Assembly (NCBI RefSeq): GCF_009914755.1
Contig: NC_060929.1
DNA from: the human T2T-CHM13v2.0 reference genome, Homo sapiens
Reading direction: 5' to 3' (one strand)
DNA length: 64,000 bases
This document shows, one piece after another, positions 1 through 17,804 of the stretch. The translations under genes were made by a program, and so were the position numbers. The notes under the pieces were generated by a model. That model did not search any database and had not been told where the DNA came from. It was given only the letters and a program-made list of their open reading frames with translations. How positions within the stretch are numbered: position 1 is the stretch's first letter; each line of letters starts with the position of its first letter.

Positions 1-670
1 TACAGCCTACTCCAATATATTACCGTCTATTCTGTTTCATTTTTAAAAAATATGCTGAATACATTAAATTGATTACATGGTAGCTAATGCATCTAAACCT
101 GCAAATTGAAAAACCATGTTATGTGTGAGTATTGAGGTTGGCTAGGATGATGTTTAAGAATTAAAGTGGGGATAAATTGTACTAGTAAGCAAAATCTTTG
201 ATGAATGAGAGGGAATGACTGATCTGGACGCAAGTGGATGACAGCAACAAGGAGGGGGAGGATACAAAAGAAACAGTATTTACAGGAGAGTAAGGAAGTA
301 GTATTTGTGAAAGGACTAAAGGGAATTACGGGGATGTTCTCTTGTCTTCTTTCTGTCCAATAGTCCTAGCAAGCATCTTGCTGAGGCTTAACCTGGGATC
401 AAAGACCATGAACCCCCAGAAACCAGGCAGAATTCTGTGTACATTTTTCTGGGAGCAGGCCCATGAGTAGGACTGGCAGGTGAGTCAGTGTCCTAGGGGG
501 AGAGTTAAGGCAGAAGTGGACTAGTCCCTCAACTTCTGAAAAAAATTATTTGGTCATACCAAACTCTTGTCATGATTTGTTGGCAGAATTTGTCTTGTTT
601 TTGCCTACTCAAATTTTCAAACTAATTTCTCCTATTTTAAAATGAAAATCCATATTTGCTCTTATTTTAG

Positions 671-846
671 CAAGGAACTAGCTTCATCTGAGCAGAATAA
701 AAATCATATAAATAATGAACTAAAAAGAAAGGAAGAGCAGTTGTCCAGTTACGAAGACAAGCTGTTTGATGTTTGTGGTAGCCAGGATTTTGAAAGTGAT
801 TTAGACAGGCTTAAAGAGGAAATTGAAAAATCATCAAAACAGCGAG
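671..846 (+). CDS. RAD50: RAD50 exon 12 (176 nt), coiled coil; contains the SQ motif (S635, AGC 780-782) known as an ATM target
   Basis: ttttag|CAAG acceptor, CGAG|gtaagt donor; translation [58 protein letters not shown] recognised as human RAD50. Confidence 0.97.
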
Positions 847-929
847 GTAAGTTGTCTACTTTATATTATCAGGATACTTTGACACCTTTGAATTTTCATT
901 CACAGGTAACTGTTAAGGATGGGGAATTT

Positions 930-1140
930 AAAAACCTGGTTATGGAGCCTAATGGCTTGGATTTCAGTCCTGGCTCTACAACTTACTCACTGTGTGACTT
1001 TAGGCAAGTTACTGAAACCTTCCTGTGTTTCATTGTCTATAAAATGAGGACACAACTACCACCTGTGGTACTGAGGTGTGAATGAGATTGTAATTATAAA
1101 GCCCTTAGAACAGTGCCTGGCACATAGAAAGCTCTCAGTA
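930..1140 (+). mobile_element. MIR
   Basis: MIR core: tgtgactttaggcaagttact...tgtctataaaatgagga...acagtgcctggcacatag. Confidence 0.7.
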
Positions 1141-1295
1141 GGCATTTTGTTATACTTATAATGTGTTACCAAAAAATATTTATACAAATCTGAATGTATC
1201 ATGCTCTTTGGAAGCGAATATCGGAATTTTAAATATCAGAATTTTTATTTCTTTTATAATATATTTATAAAGCAAGAATAATCATATATTTATAG

Positions 1296-1613
<318 letters not shown>

Positions 1614-1791
1614 TAAGAATGGGATTTACCTTCACTGTACATGTAGCAGCACATTGTAAAAGGTACCCATCTCATGCCTGGGCAGATGGTAGTTACTCAG
1701 TAAGGACTCTGAGCTGGTATGCCCTGTCTTATATCACTTCTATGATAAGAAGATTCAATTATTTTGTTTAAAGATAAGCTTGTTTCCTGTC

Positions 1792-2096
1792 TTTTTTTCT
1801 TTTTCTTTTTTTTTTCTGAGACAGAGTCTCTCTCTGTCACCTAAGCTGGAGTGCAGTGGCATGATCTTGGCTCATTGCAACCTCCACCTCCCAGAAGCGA
1901 TTCCCATACCTCAGCCTCTTCAGTAGCTGGGATTACAGGCATGTACCACCACGCCCAGCTAATTTTTGTAATTTTTAGTAGAGATGGAGTTTCACCATGT
2001 TGGCCAGGCTAATCTCGAGCTCCTGGCCTCAAAGTGATTGGCCCACCTCGGCCTCCCAAAGTGCTGGGATCACAGGTGTGAGCACCGTGCATAGCC
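1792..2096 (-). mobile_element. Alu (S/J)
   Basis: Poly(T) followed by full antisense Alu dimer. Confidence 0.9.
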
Positions 2097-3053
2097 AGTA
2101 AGCTTATTTCTTAAACTATGAGGTAGACACAGTCTTTACGTTCTTTTGTATGTGTGTTTAATTCCCAAGACTTAGCTTGTGGGCATAGATTTTCACAGAT
2201 TTAGGACTGTCTGTTGACATGCCACTTTCTGAACCCAGCAAAAGAATTTAAGTATTGAAAAGTTCTCCCAGAAGACAGATTTTAAACTATGTTTTTAATG
2301 TCTTTTCCACTTGCTAAAAGAATGAATCATAGATGATTTTCGGTTGTTTATATTTTCCATCACTTATACAAGAAATTCGTGTTATGTTCTGTTTACAAAC
2401 AAAAATCAAGTCAGGAAATATGTGATGATTGCCTTAGTGTCTCCCAGAACATAGAGAACAAGGCTAGTGCCAGAGACCTAAGACATGACCCTCCAGGAGC
2501 TAATGGTCTGATTAAGAAGACAAGCTCTCAGAATTCAACATTTAGAAAGCTAGGCTTAATAAAGTGCTTAAAAAATGATTCAAACAGATGTGTTAGGTAA
2601 GAAGGGAGGAGCCAATGGATACAGAATGAGAAGAATATTTTGAGAATGAGGCAGGAAGAGGAATATAAGACCTGGAGAAGTTCATTCAGCTCAACTGAGA
2701 GGAGACGGAAGTCAGAACACGGTGCAAAGGGAAGAGGAGTATGACCTATGCTGCAGTAGAAATGTTATCTGGAGTTTGGGGAATTATTTATAGGGATTGA
2801 GTCCTGTATGTTGGGGAGATAGGGCTACATTATATTCAGGTCTAGTTGTAACTCTGATAGGTGATGAGGAGCCAACCTAAGGGAGTTAGTGAAAGATGTA
2901 TTTTAGGAAAATTAATCTAATATTAATATATTGACTGAAACAGGCTGAGAAAAGCTCAGGAAGCAGAAAAACCAGGAGAGTGAAAGTGATTGTCCTGGAA
3001 AACCAAGGAGGAGTTTCAGGAAAAGGAGAAAGAAAGGCCTAAGAAGATGTGGT

Positions 3054-3601
3054 TTGTGGCAGCCAACTTCTAAGATGGTCCCTAGTAATCTCGGCCTCTT
3101 GGTATTTATACTCTTGTATAGTCCCATCTCATGCTGTTGCATGATTGGTCTATATAACTGATAAAACAGGCAGAAGTGATAGCATGGCCTTTCCAACATT
3201 AGGTTATTTAAGGTACTATGGCTTCTTCTGTTCTCGCAATGTGCTTGTACCCTTGTGTGAACTCGCTCACTCTCCCCCACTCCTCCCCTCTCTCACTCAC
3301 TCTGTCTCCCTCTGTCTCTTGTCTGAGGGAAGCTAGCTGCCATGTTGCAAGCAGCCCTCTGGAGAGGCCCATATGCCAAGGACCTGAGGCCTTTGAGCAA
3401 GTGAGTTTGGAAGCAGACTTTGTAGCAGTCAAGCCTTAAGATGACTGCAGTCCTGGCTGACAGCTTGATTGCGACTTCATGCGAGACCCTGAGTCAGAAG
3501 CGTATCTCTTGATCCTCATATCTCTGAGAAATAATAAGTGCTGTTATTTTAAGCTGCTAAGTTTTGGGATACTTTGTTATGCAACAATAGATAACCAACA
3601 C
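3054..3601 (+). mobile_element. MLT1-type (ERVL-MaLR) solo LTR
   Basis: tgtggcagcc...ctaagatggtccc start; aagctgctaagttttggg...ttgttatgcaacaatagataac end. Confidence 0.7.
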
Positions 3602-3832
3602 AAGCATCAAGGGTGAAAACCAGATTATTGGGGCCACAGAGATGAGGAGACAGAGGCAGTAGTTTGAGAATAAAAAGGAAGGAGAGGAATAAGGTAGTAT
3701 CTTGAAAAGAAAAAGATCAAATGGATAAAATTTGAAATTGGTAGAAAGTACACGTAGTAGAAATATGAGCTTAGTTCTGTGTTAGACTGTTATACAATAA
3801 ATGGCAGAAATTAACATCGTATTATATTTTAG

Positions 3833-4164
<332 letters not shown>

Positions 4165-4258
4165 TAAGAGTAAGGTGCATGTCTTACTCGTTGTATCTCC
4201 ACAGTTCCTTGTATATTGCAACTTTGATAACTATTTGCTAAATGAATGAGAACTGTAA

Positions 4259-4790
4259 TGTCTGTTCCAATTATTTATTGCTATGTAACAAACCTCAAAT
4301 CTGTCTCACAATAATTTTTCATGGTTCTGTGGTATGACTGGGCTCAGCTAGGTGGCTTTCACTTGGGGTCTTACGGTTGCAGTCAGATGTTGGCTGCAGT
4401 CGTCTCAAAGCATAACCGAGCTGGATGTTCTTGATGGCTCACATGACTGACAGTGATGCTCACTATTGTCTGGGAGCTCAGCTGGGGCTGTCAAAATAGG
4501 ACATCTTCACATGGCCTCTGCATGCGTCTTGGGCTTTTGGCAGCACAGTGACTGGGTTACTAAACAGAGTATCCTAAGGGTAAGTATTCCATGAACAGGA
4601 AGTAGAAGCTGCAAGTCCTTTAAGGCCTAGACCAAGAAACTGGCATGGTGACACTTCTTTTTCTGTTGGTTAGAGTGGTCACAGAAACTCCCAAGATTCA
4701 GTGAGGGAGGATACTGTATCTCTTGATGGGAAGAGTGTCGAAGTACTTGTGGCTGACTTGAATCTGCCTAACCCTATATCTGCAGTAGCA
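4259..4790 (-). mobile_element. MLT1-type LTR, antisense
   Basis: tattgctatgtaacaaac...ctgggctcagctaggtgg...gcagtcagatg motifs typical of reverse MLT1. Confidence 0.55.
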
Positions 4791-5373
4791 TCTGTGTGCC
4801 ATTCTGGTTACCTAGAGACTAGGCAACCACACATTTGTATATTCTATATTGTAACTTTGATAACTATTTGCTGAATGAATGAGAACTGTAGTGTCTATTC
4901 CCGTTATTGATTGCTTGTAACAAACCCCCTCAAAACTGTCTCGCAGTGATTAGTTTTTCATGGTTTCATGGGATGACTGGGCTCAGCTAGGTTAGCCAGG
5001 TAAATGGCTGGTTACCACACATTTTAAGAGAACCTGAAGCTAGAAAAGGCCTACAGGAAGCACTGAAAATGGACCAAGATGCTGGCAGGGCTGCTAAGTG
5101 AGGACACATGTGTGAGGAAACCATTTTTATAAAGAAACCAAAACTTGAAGACCCGAAGAGCAGGGAAATGATGAACCCCTGTTTGTTTAGCAAGCTCTAA
5201 CAGAATGTCAGTGGGCCATTCTGGAAAACTGGAGAAGGATGAGTTTGGGACAAATGAGAGAGGAAGTCTTCTTCCCAATAGTAGGAAATAACATTATAAA
5301 ACACTTTTTTTAAGTTTAAATAAATCCACAAATGAAAGGTCAATAATGAATTAAGAGGACTTGATTGATTGAT

Positions 5374-5524
5374 AGATAGGGTCTTGCTCCTGTCACCCAG
5401 GCTGGAGTGTAGTGGTGTGATTGATTATAGCTCATCGAAGCCTCGAACTCCTAAGCTCAAGCAATCCTCCTACCTCAGCCTCCCAAAGTGCTAGGATTAC
5501 AGGCATAAGCCACCATGCCCAACC
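5374..5524 (-). mobile_element. Alu monomer (FLAM/FRAM-like)
   Basis: Single-arm antisense Alu. Confidence 0.8.
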
Positions 5525-5899
5525 AAGAGGACTTTTTTTTTTTTTAAATATGGGAAAGCAATTGCCTAAGAGTGCAGTCAGGTTGACTTCAAATTCCAAC
5601 TCTGCTGGGTGACCTTAGGGATGTTACTTAACCCATTTGGGCCTTCGTATCCCCCACGTAAAGTGAGGGGATTGATTTACATGATCATTAAGCTTCCTTC
5701 CACCTCTGGTTAGGATACTACTTTCAAATATCCCGTGGGGTCACTTTCAGAGACATTGTGGAGGTCTATTTATGATAGTCACTTAGGTGGAAGGTTATTG
5801 GTGAAGAGGGGTAAAGTAACAAGATTAAATTTATCTGTGCACCATTTGCTTTTTCACCTTTAGAATATGCCCTTGATGCCACCACTATCATGAGAACTG

Positions 5900-6290
5900 T
5901 CTATTCATGCAACCAATATAGGCAGTCTACTGGAGTGCAGGTAATACAGCAGTAAACAAAATGGACAAAGTCCCTGCCCTCATGGAGTTTATATCCCAGT
6001 GGGGAGGAGATGGATGACAAATAAGTAAATATATAATATGCCAGGGGATGATCAGGGGCATTGAGAAAACTACAGCAAGATAAGGGAATAGGGACTAGCT
6101 GAAGGGTGGTAGGAGGGGACTTGATGAAGGTGGCAGTGGAGTGGAAACTTGAGAGAAGTGAGGGAGTCAGCCATGCAGTTGTCCATAAGAAGAATATTCT
6201 AGGCAGTGCAAAATCTCTGAGACATATTTGACCTGAAGGCCAAAGGGAAAAGTTGTGGAAGATGAGCTCAGAGAGGTAGTGGGGAGCCAT
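5900..6290. mobile_element. L2 fragment
   Basis: gacaaagtccctgccctcatggag...gagtcagccatgca motifs of the L2 3' region. Confidence 0.65.
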
Positions 6291-6802
6291 ATCTTGCTTA
6301 TCTTCTTTGCGGGAAATATTTTCATTTAAAGCCTCAAATTCGCCAGTATCTAATATAAACCTAACATCATGACTGAGATCTCAGCTGAAAATGTACCTGT
6401 TTATCATTTTGTCTAGTACTGACTCAGATTCATTTATTATAGCACCTCATTTAAATGCAAACTCAATTGGTATTTCTCCCACAGGTTTTTTTCAGTACCA
6501 TATCTGTGTGAGCCTTTTTACACACAATCCCCTTAGAAAAGGAATGTTGTCTAAAAATAGGTGAATTGAGTTTCTGAAAAAACAGAAATCCAAAGAGTAA
6601 ATTTCAAATGTCTGTCTATAAAAAATGATAGGCAGGCAAGGTAATGGATATGTTAAATTACCTTTATTTAATCATTGTGCATTGTGTACATATATCAGAA
6701 CATCACATTGTACCCCATAAATGTTTGCAATTATGATTTATCTATTGAAAATAATTTTAAAAAACCTTGTGAATCGTGAGAAAAATTAACTCTTGAAAAT
6801 AA

Positions 6803-7099
<297 letters not shown>

Positions 7100-7467
7100 A
7101 GAAAACTTCTTTTAACATCTTATGTAATCATCAAAAAAGAAGGCACCAAAACCTAGACCATATTGATGAAAGATTTTGTGTGTGTGTAGGAAAATGTAAA
7201 AATAGGGTTAAAATTGTATGTATACCTACAGTTCTTCACAGAGATGTCCCCAGTTTAATAAATGCTTGGCCATCATTATTAGGCTGTCATAGCTGTGTCA
7301 CTTTTTAGATATTGGGCACATAATTTAAGGCCAACTACTAATCTGTGACAACAGTGTTCAAGAGGAAACATTGGCATGGAATTACTCATAACCTGCATAC
7401 CTTCATATTTATTATGTGGAATACAAATACCTCCTATTTCTGTGGTATAAAAAAAAACTGTAGGTCT

Positions 7468-7955
7468 GACATGCACACATATGTTTATTGCGGCACTGTT
7501 CACGATAGCAAAGACTTGGAACCAACCCAAATGACCATCAATGATAGACTAGATAAAGAAAATGTGGCACATATACACCATGGAGTAACTATGCAGCCAT
7601 ATAAAAGGATGAGTTCATGTCCCTTGCAGGGACATGGATGAAGCTGGAAACCATCATTCTCAGCAAACTAACACAGGAGCAGAAAACCAAACATTGCATG
7701 TTCTCACTCATAAATGGGAGTTGAACAATGAGAGCACATGGACACAGGGAGGGGAACATCACACACACTGGGGCCTGTCTGCTGGTGGGGGGCTAGGGGA
7801 GGGATAGCATTAGGAGAAATACCTAATGTAGATGATGGGTTCATGGGTGCAGCAAACCACCATGGCACGTGTATACCTATGTAACAAACCCACACGTTCT
7901 GCACGTGTATCCCAGAACTTAAAGCATAAAAATAAATAAATAATTAAAAAATTTT
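7468..7955 (+). mobile_element. 5'-truncated L1PA (3' end) with TSD
   Basis: L1 ORF2 end and 3' UTR (atgtttattgcggcac...cccagaacttaaag), A-rich tail; TSD aaaaaactg/ataggtct at about 7452-7467 and 7956-7971. Confidence 0.92.
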
Positions 7956-9084
7956 AAAAAACTATAGGTCTGTTGCCACAGGTCAGGTTGGCATTTCTTG
8001 GTCATAGTTTGCATTTTTAAAAAATCATTAAGTAATAGCCACTTGAGTTTCTGGTTATTCTTTAAGTTTATAATAAGACTCCTATTAGAGACCAGTTTAA
8101 TTTATTCTACTGCTTTGTCATACTAATTCAATATAATTTTAAATAAGAATTTGGAATATTTCTGAAGTAAATTTTTTTTAAAAGATTAAATACATATTAT
8201 TGTTTCAGAGGCATCAGCAAAAATAGTTGTCAGTACCTGCCATGGAGGTGGTAATTCATTAGCTACAGTAGTGAGTACCAGTAAAATGGGTTGACATTTT
8301 GTACCTTAAACCCATGTAGCATTTCACTTAGTGGCTGGCTTCCTTCCTTTTTTTCCTGTAATTTAAAAAATTTTTATTTTGAAATAATGTTAGGATTACA
8401 GAAAAATTATAAAAATAATACAAATTATTCATATATATCCCTCATCCAGCTCCTCCTGATGTTAACAATTTATGTACTCTGTTATAATACAGTTATCAAA
8501 ACCAGGATTAACATTGATATAATGCTACTAACTAAATTACAGACCATATCGAATTTAGCAGTTTTTCCATCAATGCCTTTTCTGTTTCAGGGTTCCATGC
8601 AGGATCCCACGTAGCATCTAGTTGTTATTTCTCCTTAGGCTCCTGCAGTCTGTAACAATCTGTCTTTATCTTTCATGACCTTAACACTTTTGGTCAATAT
8701 GACCAGTTCATTAGTAGAATATTTCTCAGTTTGACAAACACCACAGTAATAATTATTGCAAGCAAGATCTGTCAGTGGATACTAAAATCAGTAGGCAGAA
8801 AGTTGAGAAGCAAGATATTTACATAGTCTCAACATTTCTCTCCTAAGATACTTGTTAATTACAAAGACTAAAACAGTAACTTTACAGTGGAGAAACCTGG
8901 CCAACACCATCTAAGCCAAGTGAATAAGGATTAACATCATCAGTAATAAGACATATTGATATCATGATTCCATATCCACTGATATGATACCCTGAAAAGA
9001 ACACAATGTCACTTCTGTGGTATTCTTCCTAAAAATACATAACCTCAGTCTAACTGTGAGAAACATCAGATACTTTATTTTTAA

Positions 9085-9303
<219 letters not shown>

Positions 9304-9694
9304 TAGTTTAAGGCAGAATAAAACTTGTTCCATGGTGGCTTGAATTTGAAGTGTGAGAGTTAAAAATAGTAGCTAGTATTCAGGTACAGGTTGTGTTTAG
9401 AATTCCCCATCCTGAATTTCAGATACCCTCAGGGAGAAACTGCTTAGTTTACATCCCTGGGTTTAAACTTTTTAATTCATAAATTTAAAAATTAAGACAG
9501 TTCTGTTTGTTTTTCATCTTTAGTCAGCTTCCTTTTGTTTACATCATTTGAATTGCTGATAATTAATTTCACTTTTATCCTATTAAACTTTGCTAAAATT
9601 GTATCTAGAAATGGTTTATAAGTTTAGATTTAAAAAATAAATGATAAGAGCAATTAATTTTTAAAGATTTTGAATAATGCAGTAAGTTTATTAA

Positions 9695-9877
<183 letters not shown>

Positions 9878-10048
9878 TAGAGACTTTGACATTGCGAGCA
9901 CATGCCTTTTACAGTCAATTTTATATCTGTTACATGGACAACGAAGTTCCTTCCTGTCCACATATATTTGCTCTTTTTTTCTGAAAAGCATCACTTCTCT
10001 TTGTTCTCTTACTTTGCACAACAGATTTTGAACAGTAGGAGAGTATGA

Positions 10049-10368
<320 letters not shown>

Positions 10369-10525
10369 ATGAGCTGTATTCTTTCTCATTCATACCTGCC
10401 CTGTAAGCTTTCCCTGTGAGTGGCCAGCAGGGAACATCAAGCTGATTTGAGAACTAGCAGGGTTCTCATTGTATTTTTGTTGCAGTGGGTGGGGCCCACA
10501 GAAATAGCATTTGTGGATTCCATAG

Positions 10526-11436
<911 letters not shown>

Positions 11437-11482
11437 ATGTTTCTTTAATATGAAATGCTCTTTATTAGTGTAATGGCCAGAA

Positions 11483-12859
11483 CTCTCAGCACCTCATCGC
11501 ACTTATTCTAAAATTGACCACATAATTGGAAGTAAAACACTCTCAGCAAATGCAAAAGAACAGAAATCATAACAAACAGTCTCTCAGACCACAGTGCAAT
11601 CAAATTAGAACTCAGGATTAAGAAACTCACTCAAAACCGCACAACTACAAGGAAACTGAACAACCTGCTCCCGAATGACTACCGGTTAAATAACGAAATG
11701 AAGGCAGAAATAAAGATGTTCTTTGAAACCAGTGAGAACAAAGATACAATGTACCAGAATCTCTGAGACACATTTAAAGCACTGTGTAGAGGGAAATTTA
11801 TAGCACTAAATGCCCACAAGAGAAAGCAGGAAATAACTGAATTCAACACCTTAACATCAAAATTAAAAGAACTAGAGAAACAAGAGCAAACAAATTCAAA
11901 AGCCAGCAGAAGACAAGAAATAACTAAGATTAGAGCAGAACTGAAGGAGATACACGAAAAACCCTTCAAAAAAATCAATGAATCCAGGAACTGGTTTTTT
12001 AAAAAGATCAACAAAATAGACCACTAGCAAGACTAATACAGAAGAAAAGAGAGAAGAATCAAATAGATGCAATAAAAAATGATAAAGGGGATATCACCAC
12101 CCATCCCACAGAAATACAAACTACCATCAGAGAATACTATAAACACCTCTACGCAAATAAACTAGAAAATAATAAATGGATAAATTCGTGGATACATACA
12201 CCCTCCCAAGTCTAATCCAGGAAGAAGTCAAATCCCCAAATGGACCAACAACAAGTTCTGAAATTGAGGCAGTAATTAATAGCCTGCCAACCAAAAGAAG
12301 TCCAGGACCAGACAGATTCACAGCCGAATTCTACCAGAGGTACAAAGAGGAGCTGGTACCATTCCTTCTGAAACTATTCCTAACAATAGAAAAAGAGGGA
12401 ATCCTCCCTAACTCATTTTATAAGGCCAGCATCATCCTGATACCAAAACCTAGCAGAGACACAACAAAAAAAGAAAATTTCAGGCCAATATCCCTGATGA
12501 ACATCGATGCAAAAATCCTCAATAAAATACTGGCAAACCGAATCCAGCAGCACGTCAAAAAGCTTATCCACCACGATCAAGTCGGCTTTATTCCTGGGAT
12601 GCAAGGCTGGTTCAACATATGCAAATCAATAAATGTAATCCATCACATGAACAGAACCAAAGACAAAAACCACATGATTATCCCAATAGATGGAGAAAAG
12701 GCCTTCGATAAAATTCAACACCGCTTCATGCTAAAAGCTCTCAATAAACTAGGTATCGATGGAATGTATTTCAAAATAATACGAGCTATTTATGACAGAC
12801 CCACAGCCAATATCATACTGAATGGGCAAAAACTGGAAGCATTCCCTTTGAAAACCAGC
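11483..12859 (+). mobile_element. Internal L1PA ORF2 fragment (end of endonuclease to first part of RT), disrupted
   Basis: ORF 12176-12889 has [63 protein letters not shown]; stops and frameshifts upstream. Confidence 0.95.
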
Positions 12860-14119
12860 TATTATGAGGATCAAATGAAAATGGTATAATAATTATTTGT
12901 GTGGTTCCTAAGTGATAGAACTTGTACTAGTAAGTAAAGATTTCTGGAAGAAGGAGTTTGCCATAATAAGGAAGAACTGGCTGCCTGGTTAAGTAGTAAA
13001 TGTTATTGGAGGTGGTCAGGTGGTGGTTGGTTAATTCTGTATAAGGATTCCTGCTTGTACAGGAGGTTTGTCTTATCTGCAGATCCTTTATCTATGGCGG
13101 TCACTCTCAGTCATAGCACTCTTTCCATTTGATTCCGGATGTGGTTTCAGAACCCTTACCAATACAGTGAGCAGGCACTCAGTTGCCACTGGAATGCATT
13201 TGACATCCCTTATATAGATTAATCACATCTAAGACTCAACCAGTTATAAACAGTTATAAACAATCTTACCTAGGTTTATATAATTATGCGTACTCATTCA
13301 ATAAGCACTAAGTATATTACTGAATAATTACTATAAATTTTTATTAAATTTTAGATTACAAAATATCAGAGGTTCAGAATATAATATAAAATAGTACTTG
13401 CATCTGTATAATTTTTTACTATTTATAAAGCACTTTGACATTGAACCATTCAGTGCCTCAGCAACCCTATTTAGATGATGAAATCTCTTTATAGAAAAAT
13501 TGAGATTTACAAATGTCTCATGAGTGCCTAAGTTTATGCAGCTAATAGGAAGCAGAGTTGATTTTCTGATAGATCTTTTGACACTGAGGGCATTTGACTT
13601 CCTAACACACCATACCACTTCCCAGTATGATAAAATAGACCTATATTGAAGTAATTACTAAATAATTGTATCTACCTCTATAGATTCACTCAGTACTTCA
13701 GAATCTTAAAGTGCTTGAGGACCTCTGTTTTGAACTGTGGTTATCATATAACTACGTTGTAGATTTAGTGTTACAAGGCTAAATAATGGGGACTTCTATT
13801 TAGTAAAATAGTTTATTACTTGAAAGCCCCGTTCCTTCCAAAATAGTTGTGGAGACACCAACATTAGTTTAACAGTATGCTTTTATTACCATGAAATATC
13901 TGCGTAGCCTTAGCAGGCTAAGCTTAAGGACAGAAGTGTTTTTACCATCATGTTTTCATCTGAAAAAGAAAAGTCTGGACTGAATGAGCTTTCCTATTCT
14001 TTGATCATGCAGCAGTGACGGGCACCTATAAAATCATGAAAACTCATGCTTGAAGCCACACGCTAATATAATTGGGAGCACATGGCCTAGATTAAGAATC
14101 AAATTAGTGGTTGATGCAG

Positions 14120-14340
14120 TATAGCATGCGTAGTGGTTAAGAGCGTGAACTCTGGAGCTGGACTGGGTTAAAATCTTGGCTGCTTCATTTACTGGCTGTT
14201 GTGACCCTGGACAAATCATTCTCTGTGTCTGTTTGCTCGTTTGAAATATAGGACTGAAAATGATGGTACTGTCCTCATAGGGTCATTGAAAGGAGCAAAT
14301 GAGTTGACTTTTAGAGCCTGGCACATAGAAAGTGCTTTTA
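14120..14340 (+). mobile_element. MIR
   Basis: gtagtggttaagagcgtgaactctggagc...gagcctggcacatag. Confidence 0.7.
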
Positions 14341-14416
14341 TTAAGACTGTGAAGTCTGACCCCTAAAGTAAGATAATGGAATATTATATAATACTTTATC
14401 TTTTTTATATTTTTAG

Positions 14417-14620
<204 letters not shown>

Positions 14621-14834
14621 TAGCATAAGATAAATAGTATTTTCAGATTCATGGTATAATTTTGACATTAGAAATTCTTGTTAGAACAAGGATTTGATGT
14701 AAATTATTTTGCTGCTTGATCTACAATAGAAGTTAAGAAATGAGACTAATTAATCAATTCCTATAGGTGAGAAAGGGACTTGTCTGCGATCATAAAATTC
14801 AGTAGTGGTGGAAACTGGAACCCAATGTTCATAA

Positions 14835-15017
<183 letters not shown>

Positions 15018-15084
15018 TAAAACTTAAAATTATTTATTTGATTGTATTTTTATTCATGTGCTTAAAGAATTTTCTTTTTTGTAG

Positions 15085-15216
<132 letters not shown>

Positions 15217-15249
15217 TGATATCACTTACACCTATGACATTCTTTTCTA

Positions 15250-15590
<341 letters not shown>

Positions 15591-16910
15591 AAATGCAAAA
15601 AGTAAAGAAAAATAATTCCAATAACATTCTTACTTCATTTATTTTTTATTTTTATTTTCAGTAAAAGACTCATGGTAAAAGTTCGAACATAAAGGCATAA
15701 AAGTGTTCCTCCCCTTCTCCTAATTCTCAATCTTACTTCTACATGTCATTAACTGTTACACTTATTTGTTCTTAAAGAAGTTTTTTATTCATATACCAGC
15801 AGATAGGTAGATAAATTTAGGTGTGTGTGTATATATATATATATATATTTAAATTTACTTTTATGGATGGGGTCGTATCATGTTATTCTGTACCTTTTTT
15901 CACTTAACATAATTTGATTTTACCTATCAACTCACAGATGTATCACATTCTTTTTAATGATTATAAAATAGTCCATTTTGTGTATATACCAGCACTTACT
16001 CAGATTGATTTCATTTCCTTATCACAAACTGTGTGACAATGAACATCTTTAACATGTATCTGTATCTTTTCTTATTCTAACATATCTTTATGTAGCATAA
16101 ATTCACAAAAGACGGATTAAGGTTTAATAATCTTGAAAGTAATCTGTAAGGAAAATATTTATATATTAAGTCATTTTCCAGTTGATTCCTATATCATTTA
16201 TTTTCTCTATTAAAGAAATTAATTTCTATAGTATAATCAAAATCATATTAAGAAGCCATCATCACATGCTTTATGCAAGCATGGTAGTTAATGCCTTTAA
16301 AAACTATACCATTTCTCTGTTCTTACTGTTTTAAACAAAATTTACTATTTGAATGCCTTAACCACTTGGTTATAAGTGGTTGCTTAAAATCATTTGGAAG
16401 ATTAGTTACATTAGTTTTCTGCTGGGTCTCTTTCTGTACCACCAAGAATTTCAAATATATGAAATATCAGTCAAAGGGAGATCAAATCTCTGCCTGGCCT
16501 AATACATATTGAATAACTGTATAAATTTATGATGCATATATAACAAAATAATTATCACTAGCTTTTATGTAGTTGCCTATATAAAAATCACAATCTGTAA
16601 ATTCGCAGCAGCTCTCTGTATATATATACGAAATTGTTAAGATTAATGATCTATGACCCCTTTTAAAGTGATGGTCTAAACTTAGTGGATCTGATGGTAT
16701 TAGTTTACTTTGTAACCTTCCTTGTTCCAGAAATTATTTACTTAGTTATATACAATAGAGCAAAGATAAATGTATTTCAAATTAATGGGAAAACAAGGCA
16801 GTGTAGAAATAAGGGCAAGAAAGTAATGAAACCAGGAGAGAAGTGTATAAAAAGTATGCATGAAGTCTGATATGCTTGCTGAAGATTCTAGTAGTCAAAT
16901 AAAGAGAGGA

Positions 16911-17549
<639 letters not shown>

Positions 17550-17804
17550 TCACATTGTGTCAATGCTAAAAGAAAACCAGTTTCCTATACTGACTACAGG
17601 ATAATGTCTCTATTCATAGAAAGGAAGACATGTATAGTCTTCAACAGACTTCGCAGGGCTTTAAAAAAAATACAGTGTATCTCAGCATCATTATTCCTTG
17701 ATACGAGGTTCTGTAGAGGGTGGTATGATTGAAGCCTGAAGTAAATGTTAATGTTTAGAAAGCAAAGGTTCTTAGCTAGGGGCACCTGTAAATCGTCTGA
17801 GTTT

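Noticed and set aside
847-1085. Read-through extension of the exon 12 ORF (147-aa call)
   Set aside because: Intronic and MIR-derived sequence after a canonical donor
12176-12889. 237-aa reverse-transcriptase ORF as a novel RT gene or retro-system
   Set aside because: Plain LINE-1 ORF2 fragment that ends before the catalytic YADD motif; broken upstream
15821-15848. (GT)n(AT)n microsatellite
   Set aside because: Common short intronic repeat
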